64,000 nucleotides of DNA from an uncultured Armatimonadetes bacterium (GCA_963716175.1 OY970296.1:1568001-1632000); one strand, 5' to 3'. Positions 49,819 through 59,961 are shown, numbered from the stretch's first letter. Notes: generated by a model not told the origin, from the sequence alone. Translations and numbers: made by a program.

Positions 49819-50877
49819 ATGCCATCATGCGCTAGCCCGGAGGCCCTCACACGCGAACTGACGCAGCACGGCCATTCCCTGGGCGTGGACCTCGTCGGCT
49901 GCACTTCGTCCGCGCCCTTCGTCGTCGGCGAGGCGGCGCGAGAGATACTGCCGGAGGCGATCCTTCCCGGCGCACGCTCCATCGTCGTTGCCGCCTGCGC
50001 AACTAGCGGGGTCGATCGCTACCAGCCCTCCCGACCCGGCGCTCCTCGCGGCCGGCTGGGCCCGTGGACACGCGCCTCCGTGCCCGCCTACGACCATACG
50101 CTCGGCGTCATCACCGAGTTCCTCACCGCGCGCGGCTATCGCACGGCCGCCGGCCACGAGCTTCCACTCAAGGCGACCGCGGTCCGCGCGGGGATTGCGT
50201 ACTACGGCAAGAACAGCATCGTCCACGCCGAGGGTTTCGGCTCGTACCTCGAACTGGCGGCCGCACTGACAGATGCCGAGTTGATCTGCACTGATCGCCC
50301 GGTTCAGTCCTCCGACTGCCCGGACGACTGCCGCGCGTGCATGGAGGCGTGCCCGACGGGCGCGCTCGCGGAGCCGTTCCGGCTCACTCGCGACAAGTGC
50401 ATCTGCCATTACCTCTGGGGCGCGCCGATTCCGCGCGAGCATAGACAGGCTGTTGGCGATCTCATCTTCCGGTGCGACGCGTGCCAGCAAGCCTGCCCAC
50501 GCAATCACAAGCTGTGCGGGGGTCGCGAGCTCGCCTACCGTCCTCAGGAAGGAGATGACTCGCCGGTGCTGCTGCCCTTGCTGCTCGGAGACGAGACCTA
50601 CTACCGAAGCGCCATTCCGGAGTTCGTGCAGCAGGCCGGGCTCGACACCGTACGCCGCAACGCGGCCATCGCAGCTGGGAACATAGGCGATGTGGCGACC
50701 CTGCCTGCCCTGCTCACGTGCCTGAGCTCCGCTCACGATCTCACCCGCATCGCCGCCGCCTGGGCCCTCGGCCGCTTCAGCGGCACAGAAGTCGCCCGCG
50801 CCCTTGCCGAGCGGCTCGCCGTAGAGGAGAACGCCGAAGTCCGCGACGAGATTGCCTGTGCCCTCCACACAGACTGA
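49819..50877 (+). CDS. Epoxyqueuosine reductase (QueG)-like 2x[4Fe-4S] protein with HEAT repeats
   Basis: AVRAGIAYYGKN, GFGSY, CRACMEACPTGAL, CDACQQACP, RRNAAIAAGN, AAWALG. Confidence 0.8.
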   Translation: MPSCASPEALTRELTQHGHSLGVDLVGCTSSAPFVVGEAAREILPEAILPGARSIVVAACATSGVDRYQPSRPGAPRGRLGPWTRASVPAYDHTLGVITEFLTARGYRTAAGHELPLKATAVRAGIAYYGKNSIVHAEGFGSYLELAAALTDAELICTDRPVQSSDCPDDCRACMEACPTGALAEPFRLTRDKCICHYLWGAPIPREHRQAVGDLIFRCDACQQACPRNHKLCGGRELAYRPQEGDDSPVLLPLLLGDETYYRSAIPEFVQQAGLDTVRRNAAIAAGNIGDVATLPALLTCLSSAHDLTRIAAAWALGRFSGTEVARALAERLAVEENAEVRDEIACALHTD

Positions 50878-50939
50878 GGCGCCCTCCCGCGCCCGCAGAG
50901 CCAGCTAGCGCAGGACTGATCCTCGCCCGCAGGTGGCGG

Positions 50940-51020
50940 GCCGACGGCCTCTGGCGTCGCCGACTCCGGCTACCCACTCGGTTCGGGTCGCTGGTCGGGG
51001 TCTCGTCGCGCGTACGGCAG
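50940..51020 (+). repeat. Island repeat family D copy 4
   Basis: CCGACTCCGGCTACCCACTCGGTTCGGGTCGCTGGTCGGGG...GTCGCG. Confidence 0.8.
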
Positions 51021-51362
51021 GCGTGCTCGTCGAAGGGGAACGGCGCCCGAAGGCGCCGCCTTACCGGTCCCAGGTAGTGCGAGGGGTGAGCTGAGGCAAG
51101 CCCGGGACGCTCCCAGGACGGTCCTACGGGTCCTCGGCACCTACAGAGGATCCCGCCAGAACAAGGCTAGGGTGGTGCAACAGCGAAGTAATCACGACAC
51201 ACGGTCCTACGGGCGCCCAACACCCCCAGGAGGTCCCACGGAGGCAGGACTCAACTCTGGGACTTTCACCCCTTCTCGTGACGCCCGCCATGGCGTACAG
51301 TGCTCAGCGACGGTAGCCGATGAGCCCGGCCCAACACTTTCGGCCGGAGTGGAGGTGTCGCC

Positions 51363-52334
51363 ATGAAGGCCAGTCTAGCGCCTTGCCGTTTCCCTTTCGG
51401 CGTGGTTCGCTCTGCGCTGACGCTGGCTGTAGTTCTGCCGGCCGCGCTCTGCCTCGGAGGCTGCGGCCCTGTGCCAGAGACATCTTGGTCTCCGACAGAT
51501 CAGGAGATTGCCTACCTCGACAACGGCGCCCTCCGCATCCTGGACATGGCCACGAAACAGTCGCGGGCGCTCGACACCGGACCCGGCGCGGTCTGCTCTC
51601 CTTCCTGGTCTCCCGATGGCAAGACGATCGCCTTCTACTCGGCGGTGTTCGGCAAGGAGCCGAGCGTATCGTTGCGGGCCATTGATCTGTCCTCCGGCCA
51701 GGTGCGCACTCTTGCCTCGGACGTCTGGCCCTTACCCACTGAGGCAAGCGGCGGCACGACGCACCCGGGCCAGTCGCCCGAGGAGGCCCTCGAGGAGGCT
51801 CAGCGCGAGGAACTCTCCGGGCTGATGCTTTTCGGCACTATCCCTTGGAGCCCGGACAGCGCGCGCCTCGCCTGCTCGGCGGGGCCTATCAGCCCCGGCT
51901 CGCTGCTCGTCGTTGACGCGGCCACCGCCGCCGCGACTCCTATCACCCAGCACACGAAAGTGCCGGGCATGATGATGATGGCGGCCTGGTCCCCTGACGG
52001 CAAGCGAATTGCCTAGCTGCTGTGCCCGGGTGATCCGGCTGAGGCTCAGTCCGGGTCAGACGAGCCGCCGGGCAGCAACAGCTTCTGGGTGTACGACCTA
52101 ACAACCGGCGCCGCTGATCGGTTATACGATGTGCCGACCGATAGCTCGGGCGATACCTATGTGATCGGTCCGCGACTCGAATGGTCGGCCGACTCCACCC
52201 GGATCGGTTTCATCATGGAGGACGTTCACAATGAGGGGCGGGCGATCGCCTACACGATCGCGGCGGAGCCGGGGGCGACGGTGCGAGAGGAGATGCAGGG
52301 CATCACTCCCATTGTCCGTGTCAACCGGCCGTGA
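51363..52334 (+). pseudogene. TolB/PD40 beta-propeller lipoprotein pseudogene
   Basis: LGGC lipobox, repeated WSPD motifs; in-frame TAG at 52014-52016 (KRIA*), frame continues and runs into repeat D copy 5. Confidence 0.75.
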
Positions 52335-52411
52335 AGCCGGCCTCGGGCACCCCCGACTCGGGCTGCCCTCTCGGCTTGGAGTCGCTGTCCGGGGGTTCGT
52401 CGCGTATGGGA
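52312..52411 (+). repeat. Island repeat family D copy 5
   Basis: TTGTCCGTGTCAACCGGCCGTGAAGCCG...CCCCGACTCGGGCT...CGGCTTGGAGTCGCTGTCCGGGG. Confidence 0.85.
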
Positions 52412-52548
52412 TCTGGGGGAGGGAGGGGCTGAGCCCTGCGACACCTGACCAGACTGGGTGCCACACCCGGCCTGGCTACGTAGAGTCCCGAATGCCGTCT
52501 GCATCCTCCTGGCTTGACAGCTTCGACAGGCCGAGTATCCTCAGGCCG

Positions 52549-53745
52549 ATGACCGTCACCCGGCGCCACACGAAGCTGCGTGCCCTTGGCGCTGCCCTGG
52601 CCGTTTTGGCTGGCCTGAGCTTGGCGCCAGGTGCGACCAGTGTGTCCGGTCCCAGAGAGGATGCCTACGCCATGAGTAGTGCACCGAAGATGCGCTTCGA
52701 GCATCGCATCATCGATCCCGAGCCGCCACGCGATCCGCATATCAAGGCGGCCGGCGACATCGATGGCGACGGTAACCCCGATGTCGTCGTCGCCAGTAGT
52801 GACGGCGGCCCTCTGGTCTGGTACCGGAACCCGGACTGGAGCAGGCACGTGGTTCACCCTTCCGGGAAATGGAGCTGTTATGCCCGGGTTGTGGACATGG
52901 ACGGGGATGGCGATGCCGACATCCTGATCTCGGAGTGGTACACCCACAACCGATTGGAGTGGTACGAGAACCCCCGGCCGGACGGTGACCCCACCAAGGA
53001 CCCTTGGCACCAGCACATCATCGGGAGCCCGCGGGCTCACGATATCTGCAGCGGCGACATCGACGGCGATGGACAGATGGAGATCGCGACCCGCGCCCAA
53101 GGTGAGGACGGACGCGAGATCGTCCTCTGGAAGCGCGCCGGCGGCGGCTCGTGGTCGAGGCGCAGCCTCCCGTGTCCCGCAGGCGAAGGGCTGAGCATCG
53201 GCAGCATCGCCGGGGACGGGCGGCTGGATATCGTGATCGGCGGCCGCTGGTACGAAGCGCCGGAGGACATCATGGCCGGCCACTGGCAGGAGCATGTCTT
53301 CGCCGACTGGCCTGCGGACGCGGTAGTGGCGGTGGCCGATGTGGACAGGGAGGGCCGGGCGGACATCGTGCTCACCCGCTCCGAGGGCGCTCACCGTCTC
53401 TCGTGGTTTGGTGCGCCACCCGACCCAAAGCGCGGCCAATGGTCGGAGCACGTGGTGGACGATTCCGTGGACTTCGCTCACAGCCTGGTAGTGTGCGACA
53501 TTGACGGCGACGGTCAGCTCGACATCGTCACCGCCGAGATGCACCAGTCGCCGCGCAAGCGTGTCATGGTCTACCTGGGCGGTCGGAGGGGGACCGAATG
53601 GACACGGGAGGTCATCGCCGAGACGGGTTCGCATAACGTTTGTGTTGTCCGTCTGGGGGATACCGGAAGGATCGGCATCGTCGGGGCAAACTGGAGCGGC
53701 GGGTACCAGCCGCTTGAGCTGTGGGAACAGATAGCTGGTGGATAG
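52549..53745 (+). CDS. Secreted FG-GAP/VCBS repeat beta-propeller protein
   Basis: Repeated GDIDGDG.PD/LEWYEN; TTGACA-16-TATCCT ends 7 nt before the ATG (possibly leaderless). Confidence 0.88.
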   Translation: MTVTRRHTKLRALGAALAVLAGLSLAPGATSVSGPREDAYAMSSAPKMRFEHRIIDPEPPRDPHIKAAGDIDGDGNPDVVVASSDGGPLVWYRNPDWSRHVVHPSGKWSCYARVVDMDGDGDADILISEWYTHNRLEWYENPRPDGDPTKDPWHQHIIGSPRAHDICSGDIDGDGQMEIATRAQGEDGREIVLWKRAGGGSWSRRSLPCPAGEGLSIGSIAGDGRLDIVIGGRWYEAPEDIMAGHWQEHVFADWPADAVVAVADVDREGRADIVLTRSEGAHRLSWFGAPPDPKRGQWSEHVVDDSVDFAHSLVVCDIDGDGQLDIVTAEMHQSPRKRVMVYLGGRRGTEWTREVIAETGSHNVCVVRLGDTGRIGIVGANWSGGYQPLELWEQIAGG

Positions 53746-53788
53746 GGCGGCCTCGGTTCCCCCCAACTGGGGTATAGCAAGGCGCGGC

Positions 53789-54931
53789 ATGCGATCGGCG
53801 GCAGTTGTGCTGCTGGCGCTGTGCGCGGCGGCAGCGCCCGGAGGAGGTTATGCGGTGGCTGGAGGTAAGCTCGCGTTCGAGCATCAGGTGGTGGACGCCG
53901 ACCCGCCCAGTGGGACCGGATGCTGCCTCGACGTTTGCGCATTGGGTGATCTCGACGGCGACGGCCGCACCGATATCGTGGTGGGCTCTCAGGAGTCGAT
54001 CGGGCTGGCCTGGTACCACAACCCGCACTGGAAGCGCTACCTCATCGGTCCGGGCGAGTTCACCACCGATGGTGAGGTCGCCGACATCGACGGGGACGGC
54101 AAGGCCGAGGTCATCGCGAGCTGCATGCAGCGCGATCAGATCGAGTGGTATGAGCGAGTCGGTGATCCGTTCCGCAGCGAGGGCTGGAAGCGTCATCGCA
54201 TCGGCGGCGGGTGGGCGCACGACCTGGCCGTCGGCGACATCAACGGCGACGGCCGCCTCGACGTGATCGCCTTCTCGAAATACGTCACCCCGCCGCACCT
54301 GGTGTGGTACGAGGCGCCGCCCGATCCGCGGAGCGAGTGGATCCGCCACCAGATCGACCAGCCCGCGGGCGAGGGGCTGGACGTGAGCGACCTCAATGGT
54401 GACGGCCATCTCGAGATTGTGGCAGGGCGGTACTGGTACCAGAATGTGGATGGTCGTGGCCTCAAGTGGGAGAAGCGCGAGCTAACGTCGGACTGGACCC
54501 ACGATTGCCGCGTCGTCATCGCCGACATGAATGGCGATAGGAGGCCCGACATCGTGCTGAGCTACTCCGAGGGCAAGGGCCGCCTCTCCTGGTTCGAGAA
54601 CCCGACCTGGCGCGAGCACCGCATCGATGCGGGGCCGCTGGAGGGGGCGCACAGCTTGGGGGTGGCCGACTTCGATGGAGACGGCAGGCTGGACGTGATG
54701 GCCGGGGAGATGCATAGCAGCAGCACGCGGCGCGTCCTGGTGTACCGGAACCTATCGCGCGGCGACAGGTGGCAGCGAATGGTGCTCGCGACCACCGGCA
54801 CTCACAACGCGCGGGTCGGCCGTCTGGCTCCTGGCGCGCTACCGGCCATCGTGGGGAAGAACTACGACGGTTCGAAGCAGGTCGAGATTTGGCAGGCGGT
54901 CACCGGGCCGGCTGGGGAGGTGCGGCGGTAA
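53789..54931 (+). CDS. Secreted FG-GAP/VCBS repeat protein (paralog of upstream gene)
   Basis: GDLDGDGRTD, DINGDGRLD, AHSL..ADFDGDG, GEMH. Confidence 0.88.
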   Translation: MRSAAVVLLALCAAAAPGGGYAVAGGKLAFEHQVVDADPPSGTGCCLDVCALGDLDGDGRTDIVVGSQESIGLAWYHNPHWKRYLIGPGEFTTDGEVADIDGDGKAEVIASCMQRDQIEWYERVGDPFRSEGWKRHRIGGGWAHDLAVGDINGDGRLDVIAFSKYVTPPHLVWYEAPPDPRSEWIRHQIDQPAGEGLDVSDLNGDGHLEIVAGRYWYQNVDGRGLKWEKRELTSDWTHDCRVVIADMNGDRRPDIVLSYSEGKGRLSWFENPTWREHRIDAGPLEGAHSLGVADFDGDGRLDVMAGEMHSSSTRRVLVYRNLSRGDRWQRMVLATTGTHNARVGRLAPGALPAIVGKNYDGSKQVEIWQAVTGPAGEVRR

Positions 54932-54987
54932 TGCTCGCCGGCGTATGCGCGCGGACGAGCCACAGGCAGCGACGGGAGGAGCCAGTG

Positions 54988-56373
54988 ATGGTTATCGGAC
55001 CGATGGGATGGGGTGTAGCAGCCTGCCTGTTGGTGCTGCTCTGTGCCGGCGCCGCCACCGCGGGGCCCGCCGGGCTGCCACGGCTGAAGGTGAGTGAGAA
55101 CGGCCGCTTCCTGGTGACGGAGGAGGGAAAGCCCTTCTTCTGGCTCGGGGACACCGCCTGGCTGCTGTTCGCGCGGCTGAGCAAGGAGGAAGCCTGGCAC
55201 TACCTGAAGGCCCGTGCTGCACAGGGCTTCACGGTCATCCAGGCCATGACTGTGCCTTGGGATGCGCGGCACGTGCCGAACGCGGCCGGTGAGCTGGCCT
55301 TCCTCGACGGCGATCCCGCCAAGCCCAACGAGCGGTACTTCGCGCACGTGGACGCTGTGGTGGAGATGGCGGCTCGACTCGGCCTCTACATGGGCCTGCT
55401 GCCGACCTGGGGGGACGCCTGGAACCCGTGGGATGGAGGCACGGAGCTGCTCAGCCCGGAGAGCGCCGAGGTCTACGGGGAGTTCCTGGGCCGGCGCTAC
55501 CGGGACAGGCCGGTGATCTGGATCCTGGGCGGTGACCGGAACCCGGAGAACGAGCGCCACCGCGCCACCGTGCGGGCGCTGGCGAGAGGGCTGCGCCGGG
55601 GCGATGGCGGGCGTCACCTGATGACCTTCCACCCGAGCGGCTGGAGCAGTTCGTCGCGCTGGTTCCATGGGGATGACTGGCTGGCCTCGAATATGATGCA
55701 GAGCGGCCACTCCACGCGCAACGCGCGGAACTACGAGCTGATCGCGGCAGACTACGCGCGCACGCCCGCGAAGCCGTGTCTGGACGGGGAAGCGGACTAT
55801 GAGGATCATCCGGTAGACTGGAAGCCGGAGAACGGCTACTTCGACGACTATGATGTCCGGAAGACCGCCTACTGGGCGGTGTTTGCAGGTGCCCACGGGC
55901 ACACGTATGGCTGCAACGATGTCTGGCAGTTCTACAGGACGGGTGGCCAACCGGAGACCAACGCGCGCACGCCATGGCGGGAAGCGCTCCTGCTCCCAGG
56001 CGCGCGCCAGATGCATCACCTGCGCGCGCTGATGGAGTCGCGGCCGTTCCTCACGCGCGTCCCGGACCAGAGTCTGATTGTGGGGGCCGCCGGGGATGGG
56101 GCGCGCCATGTGCACGCCACCCGCGACGCGAGCGGCTCCTACGCGATGCTCTACGTGCCGACGGCTGGCCAGACGGTGACGGTGGACAGCAGCGAGCTGT
56201 CCGGGAAGCGGCTGAAGGCCTGGTGGTATGACCCGCGTACGGGGAAGGCCACCGCGCTCAAGGACGACTTCCTCGTCGGCGGGAAGCTGGAGTTCACCAC
56301 CCCGGCCGAGGGGCCGGACTGGGTGCTCGTGCTCGACGACGCGGCGAAGAGGTACCCGAAGCCCGGAAGCTGA
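54988..56373 (+). CDS. DUF4038/GH140 (apiosidase-like) glycoside hydrolase with C-terminal collagen-binding-like domain
   Basis: PFFWLGDTAW, IWILGGD, TFHP, QSGH, KPCLDGE..YE, GHTYG, WYDPRTG, DWVLVL. Confidence 0.88.
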   Translation: MVIGPMGWGVAACLLVLLCAGAATAGPAGLPRLKVSENGRFLVTEEGKPFFWLGDTAWLLFARLSKEEAWHYLKARAAQGFTVIQAMTVPWDARHVPNAAGELAFLDGDPAKPNERYFAHVDAVVEMAARLGLYMGLLPTWGDAWNPWDGGTELLSPESAEVYGEFLGRRYRDRPVIWILGGDRNPENERHRATVRALARGLRRGDGGRHLMTFHPSGWSSSSRWFHGDDWLASNMMQSGHSTRNARNYELIAADYARTPAKPCLDGEADYEDHPVDWKPENGYFDDYDVRKTAYWAVFAGAHGHTYGCNDVWQFYRTGGQPETNARTPWREALLLPGARQMHHLRALMESRPFLTRVPDQSLIVGAAGDGARHVHATRDASGSYAMLYVPTAGQTVTVDSSELSGKRLKAWWYDPRTGKATALKDDFLVGGKLEFTTPAEGPDWVLVLDDAAKRYPKPGS

Positions 56374-56494
56374 TGAGTGCCGTCTGAGGTCCCAGCGCCA
56401 CCGGCTGGGGCATGCCCCAGCAACCGCTGACATAGGCGCCGACGTCTCGCAGGCCCCGGCCAAAGTCCGCCGCGCGACTCAGGGAGGCGGGCTG

Positions 56495-56573
56495 GACGGC
56501 GGCCCCATGCCCCCCCGACTCCGGCTACCGCTTCGGCTTGGAGTCAGTGGCCGGGGTGGCGTCGGGTGTGGGA
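56495..56573 (+). repeat. Island repeat family D copy 6
   Basis: CCCCGACTCCGGCTACCGCTTCGGCTTGGAGTCAGTGGCCGGGG...GTGTGGG. Confidence 0.85.
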
Positions 56574-56836
56574 AGGGAGACCGGCTGCCGGCTCTGACTG
56601 CGACTGCATCCCTGGCCGGATTGCTCTGGAATCAGTGGCCAGCTTCGAGCGGAATCCGCAGATATGCCCAGCTGTGAACAGGAAGCGCGAAACGGTACTC
56701 ATGGGAGCAAGGATAGCACCGACTCAGCCGGGAAGGAGACCGCCCGGAAGTGCCCCGGATAGGGTTTCTGGGGAGGGCAAGGGGGTGCCGAAGCGATACC
56801 GAACCGACCCTCTATTGCTCAGGGAGGAGGTAGGAC

Positions 56837-57508
56837 ATGAAGCGACTCATTGCCGTGCTCATTGTGGTGGCGGCGATGGCCGTGCCCACCGCCGTGGTCG
56901 GCGGGGCGACGGCGCCGGCCGCCGGTCCGCAGGAGGTCACGCTTCCCGCGCCGGAGACCAAGGGAGGGATGTCGCTGAACGAAGCTCTGTCGCGCCGGCG
57001 TTCGGTACGCGGCTTCGACGCGAAGACCCTCGATCAGCAGCAGCTGGGGCAGTTGCTGTGGGCGACCCAGGGCATCACCGACCCGGCCACCGGGCACCGG
57101 ACGTCGCCCTCCGCGATGGCGATGTATCCGCTCACAGTGTACGTCTGCACGGCCGACGGCGTGTTCACCTACGAGCCGAAGGGCCACAAGCTGGTGCGCG
57201 TCTCCACCGAAGATCGGCGCGCCGATGTCACCCAGCCCCCGCGGGGAGGACAGCCGGCCCCGGTGAGCTTCGTGTTCACCGGTGACCCGAGCAAGTTCGG
57301 GTCGCGCCTCCCGGATCGGGCCGCCGCGTTCGTCTATCTGGAGGTCGGGCACGCGGCCGAGAACTTGGCCCTGGAGGCGACCGCGCTGGGGCTCGCAACC
57401 GTGACCCAAGGCGGCATCGACGCGGCGAAGGTGTCGAAGGCGCTCAACCTGCCGCAGGGCACGCTGGTAGTCTACACCATGCCCGTGGGCTATCCCGTCG
57501 CGCGGTAG
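56837..57508 (+). CDS. Exported SagB/ThcOx-type nitroreductase family protein
   Basis: Signal peptide; RRRSVR, QLLWATQG, RTSPSA, EVGHAAEN. Confidence 0.88.
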   Translation: MKRLIAVLIVVAAMAVPTAVVGGATAPAAGPQEVTLPAPETKGGMSLNEALSRRRSVRGFDAKTLDQQQLGQLLWATQGITDPATGHRTSPSAMAMYPLTVYVCTADGVFTYEPKGHKLVRVSTEDRRADVTQPPRGGQPAPVSFVFTGDPSKFGSRLPDRAAAFVYLEVGHAAENLALEATALGLATVTQGGIDAAKVSKALNLPQGTLVVYTMPVGYPVAR

Positions 57509-57864
57509 CAGGCACGCCCCCGGGACAAGGCGGCGCGGCAACCATCGGTGGCGGCAGGTTCTGCCTCGTGTCGTCCGGATTGCACCGCGAGCGCATGCTC
57601 GAGGATAGCCTATTCGCGACCTCCCGCTGCCATCTCGCGTGTTGCACCGAGCTGCCCATGCTGGTATCCATGACCCGTTCGCCCTTGACAACCCGCTCGG
57701 GTGGGGCTACGATCCGTCTGGCTGACGAGAGACAAAACAAGAGAGGTCGCAGGCTTACGCGCATCAGCCCTTGACGCGCCTGCTTCGCGCCACCCGAAGC
57801 ATCGGGTGGCGCGAGGCGGGCGCGTTGTGTCCGGGGTGGGCCCTACTCGGGAGGGGATGAGGAG

Positions 57865-58971
57865 TTGACCGAGACGAGCTGGCCGGGACTCCATGGAAGC
57901 TGGATAACGCCGGAATCGGCGCTCCATGACTGGCGGGACCGGATCGCACGCGTGGAGGCCCAGGAGACGGCGCATTTCGCGAACCTGCCGTACGTGACGG
58001 GCGTGGCGGTCATCGGATCGGTGGGCCGCGGGACGCAGTGGCCGCTCTCGGACCTCGACCTGCTGGTGGTGGCTGACTTCTGGGAGGGCGAGGACCCAGA
58101 GTGGCTGATCCGACGCGAGGAAGAAGAGCGCATCAGGCGGCTGCACGCGGCCGGGATCCCGAACGACGTGGAGGCCGGCAACTGGGTGCTTACCACGGAT
58201 GAGGTCCGTGCCGCCATGGATGGGGACGATGACACGTTCCTGAAGACGCTCGACCATGGGCACTGGTTGGGGATCGCGATCAAGGCTGAGGGGGCGCGGG
58301 TGGCACTGGATTTCGATGGCTACGTGACTCGGTTCATCAGCAGATGCAATCGCATGCTGTGGACTGATCGCTTTGTGAAGCTGTGGCTGCGGCGGGCCGG
58401 GGAGGACGCGGAGGAGCGGGTCGAGGGGGCTCGAAGCCGCCTGCGAAACGGCGATGCCGCGGCGGCTTCGCTCGAGCTGATCCTCGCCGCCCAGGTGATG
58501 ACAGGGCCCATGTACGCGCTGTGGCGAAAGCTGCCGGAGAGCATCAGCAGAGGGGTGACGCGATTCCTCGCGGCGGCAGCAGAGATGCGCGAGCAGGAGG
58601 TCTCCTCACACTTCCTGTCAGCAGCGAGGTTGAGCGAGGATGAGGTGGGCGAACGGTTCGCAGCGACTCCACCGGCGGGACAGCGGGAGCGTGATGTGTG
58701 CCTCGCTATCCGTCGTGGGAATGGCGAGAGCCTGGACGCGTTAGGGGCCACCCGCGACCTGCTTCACATAAGCCTGTGGGTCGCCGTGATGCTCGACCGC
58801 AGTCTCTGCGCTCCGTATGCCCTGTGGACGGGCGTGACCGCGGACGAGCAGATCGTCCGCCGGCAGTTGGATGCTGCACAGGCGATGCTCGCGCGGCTGC
58901 AGAGGCCCAGGGCCGACCTGGAGGCAGCTGAGGGAGCTACTGAGCGGTCGCGCGGGACTGCGTCGGAATGA
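57865..58971 (+). CDS. Nucleotidyltransferase-domain protein
   Basis: VIGSVGRG...SDLDLLVV motif; helical C-terminus. Confidence 0.7.
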   Translation: MTETSWPGLHGSWITPESALHDWRDRIARVEAQETAHFANLPYVTGVAVIGSVGRGTQWPLSDLDLLVVADFWEGEDPEWLIRREEEERIRRLHAAGIPNDVEAGNWVLTTDEVRAAMDGDDDTFLKTLDHGHWLGIAIKAEGARVALDFDGYVTRFISRCNRMLWTDRFVKLWLRRAGEDAEERVEGARSRLRNGDAAAASLELILAAQVMTGPMYALWRKLPESISRGVTRFLAAAAEMREQEVSSHFLSAARLSEDEVGERFAATPPAGQRERDVCLAIRRGNGESLDALGATRDLLHISLWVAVMLDRSLCAPYALWTGVTADEQIVRRQLDAAQAMLARLQRPRADLEAAEGATERSRGTASE

Positions 58972-59235
58972 CCTCGCGAAGATGGGCGATGTCAGCGCCG
59001 ATAGAGGCGTGTCTGAAGAGACCGATCACGGGATCTGGCCGTCGCCAACACTTGCAGGGGGTATTGGCTGTCCGTCCTATGGAGACACTAAGGACGGGCT
59101 CGCCATAGCTGTCGCGGAATCCTCGCCAGAGCCAGCGCGCGATCTCTCGAGGCAGAGCAGGCGACAGCCCGATGGGTGTCGAACGCGCACAGCGGCGAGC
59201 GCGCCATGGTCTGCGGCGGCTCGCCGGAGAGAGGG

Positions 59236-59961
59236 ATGCCAATCCTTTACATCATCGCAACTCCCATCGGCAACCTGGAGGACATAAGCTACCGCGCGGT
59301 GCGGGTGCTCGGAGAGCTTGAGGCGCTGGCCTGCGAGGACACGCGGCGCACGCGCATACTGCTGGATCGCTATCACATTCCCAGGCCGAAGAGGCTCTTC
59401 TCCTACCACGAGCACAATGAGAAGGAGGCCGCGGCGCGCATTCTCGGGCTGCTTGAGAAGGGCACGGCGCTAGGACTAGTGACGAAGGCGGGTTACCCTG
59501 GGGTGAGCGATCCCGGCTATCGGGTGATCTCGCAGGCGGTGGAGCGGGGGTTCCGGGTGGAGGTGCTTCCGGGCGCGGGAGCGGTGGAGGCGGCGCTGGT
59601 GCTGTCGGGCCTGCCCGGCGCCAGCTTCACGTTCAAGGGATTCCCTCCGAGAGGCGCGAGCAAGAGGCGGCGCTTTCTGGAGGCGGAGAAGGAGCTGCCG
59701 CACACTCTGATATTGTTCGAGTCTCCCCGCAGGTTCGCAGCGCTTCTGGCCGACGCGCTCGCGGTGCTGGGCGATCGGAAGGCGGCGGTGTGCATCGAGA
59801 TCACGAAGATGTTCGAGGAGGTGGCCCGGGGCTACCTCTCGGAGCTGGCCGAGAAGTTCCGGGGCACCACGATCAAGGGTGAAGTCACGGTGGTGATCGC
59901 GGGCAATAACCCGAAGTTCATGAAGCCGGAGGAGAAGGCGCGGGAGGCCGGCTCGCCATGA
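59236..59961 (+). CDS. rsmI: 16S rRNA C1402 2'-O-methyltransferase
   Basis: LYIIATPIGNLEDI, ACEDTR, SYHEHNE, SDPG, FESP.R, ITKMFEE, KGE. Confidence 0.95.
   Translation: MPILYIIATPIGNLEDISYRAVRVLGELEALACEDTRRTRILLDRYHIPRPKRLFSYHEHNEKEAAARILGLLEKGTALGLVTKAGYPGVSDPGYRVISQAVERGFRVEVLPGAGAVEAALVLSGLPGASFTFKGFPPRGASKRRRFLEAEKELPHTLILFESPRRFAALLADALAVLGDRKAAVCIEITKMFEEVARGYLSELAEKFRGTTIKGEVTVVIAGNNPKFMKPEEKAREAGSP

Noticed and set aside
52014-52016. Pyrrolysine or amber recoding in the TolB-like gene
   Set aside because: TAG is used as a normal stop throughout (rpsQ, rpsN, rpsH), no pyl genes are seen, and the position fits a Tyr-to-stop mutation in an already truncated gene.
42093-56573. Repeat D as CRISPR array or classical integron attC sites
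   Set aside because: Spacing is kilobases with whole genes in between and there are no cas genes; no RYYYAAC/GTTRRRY boxes and no intI in the window.
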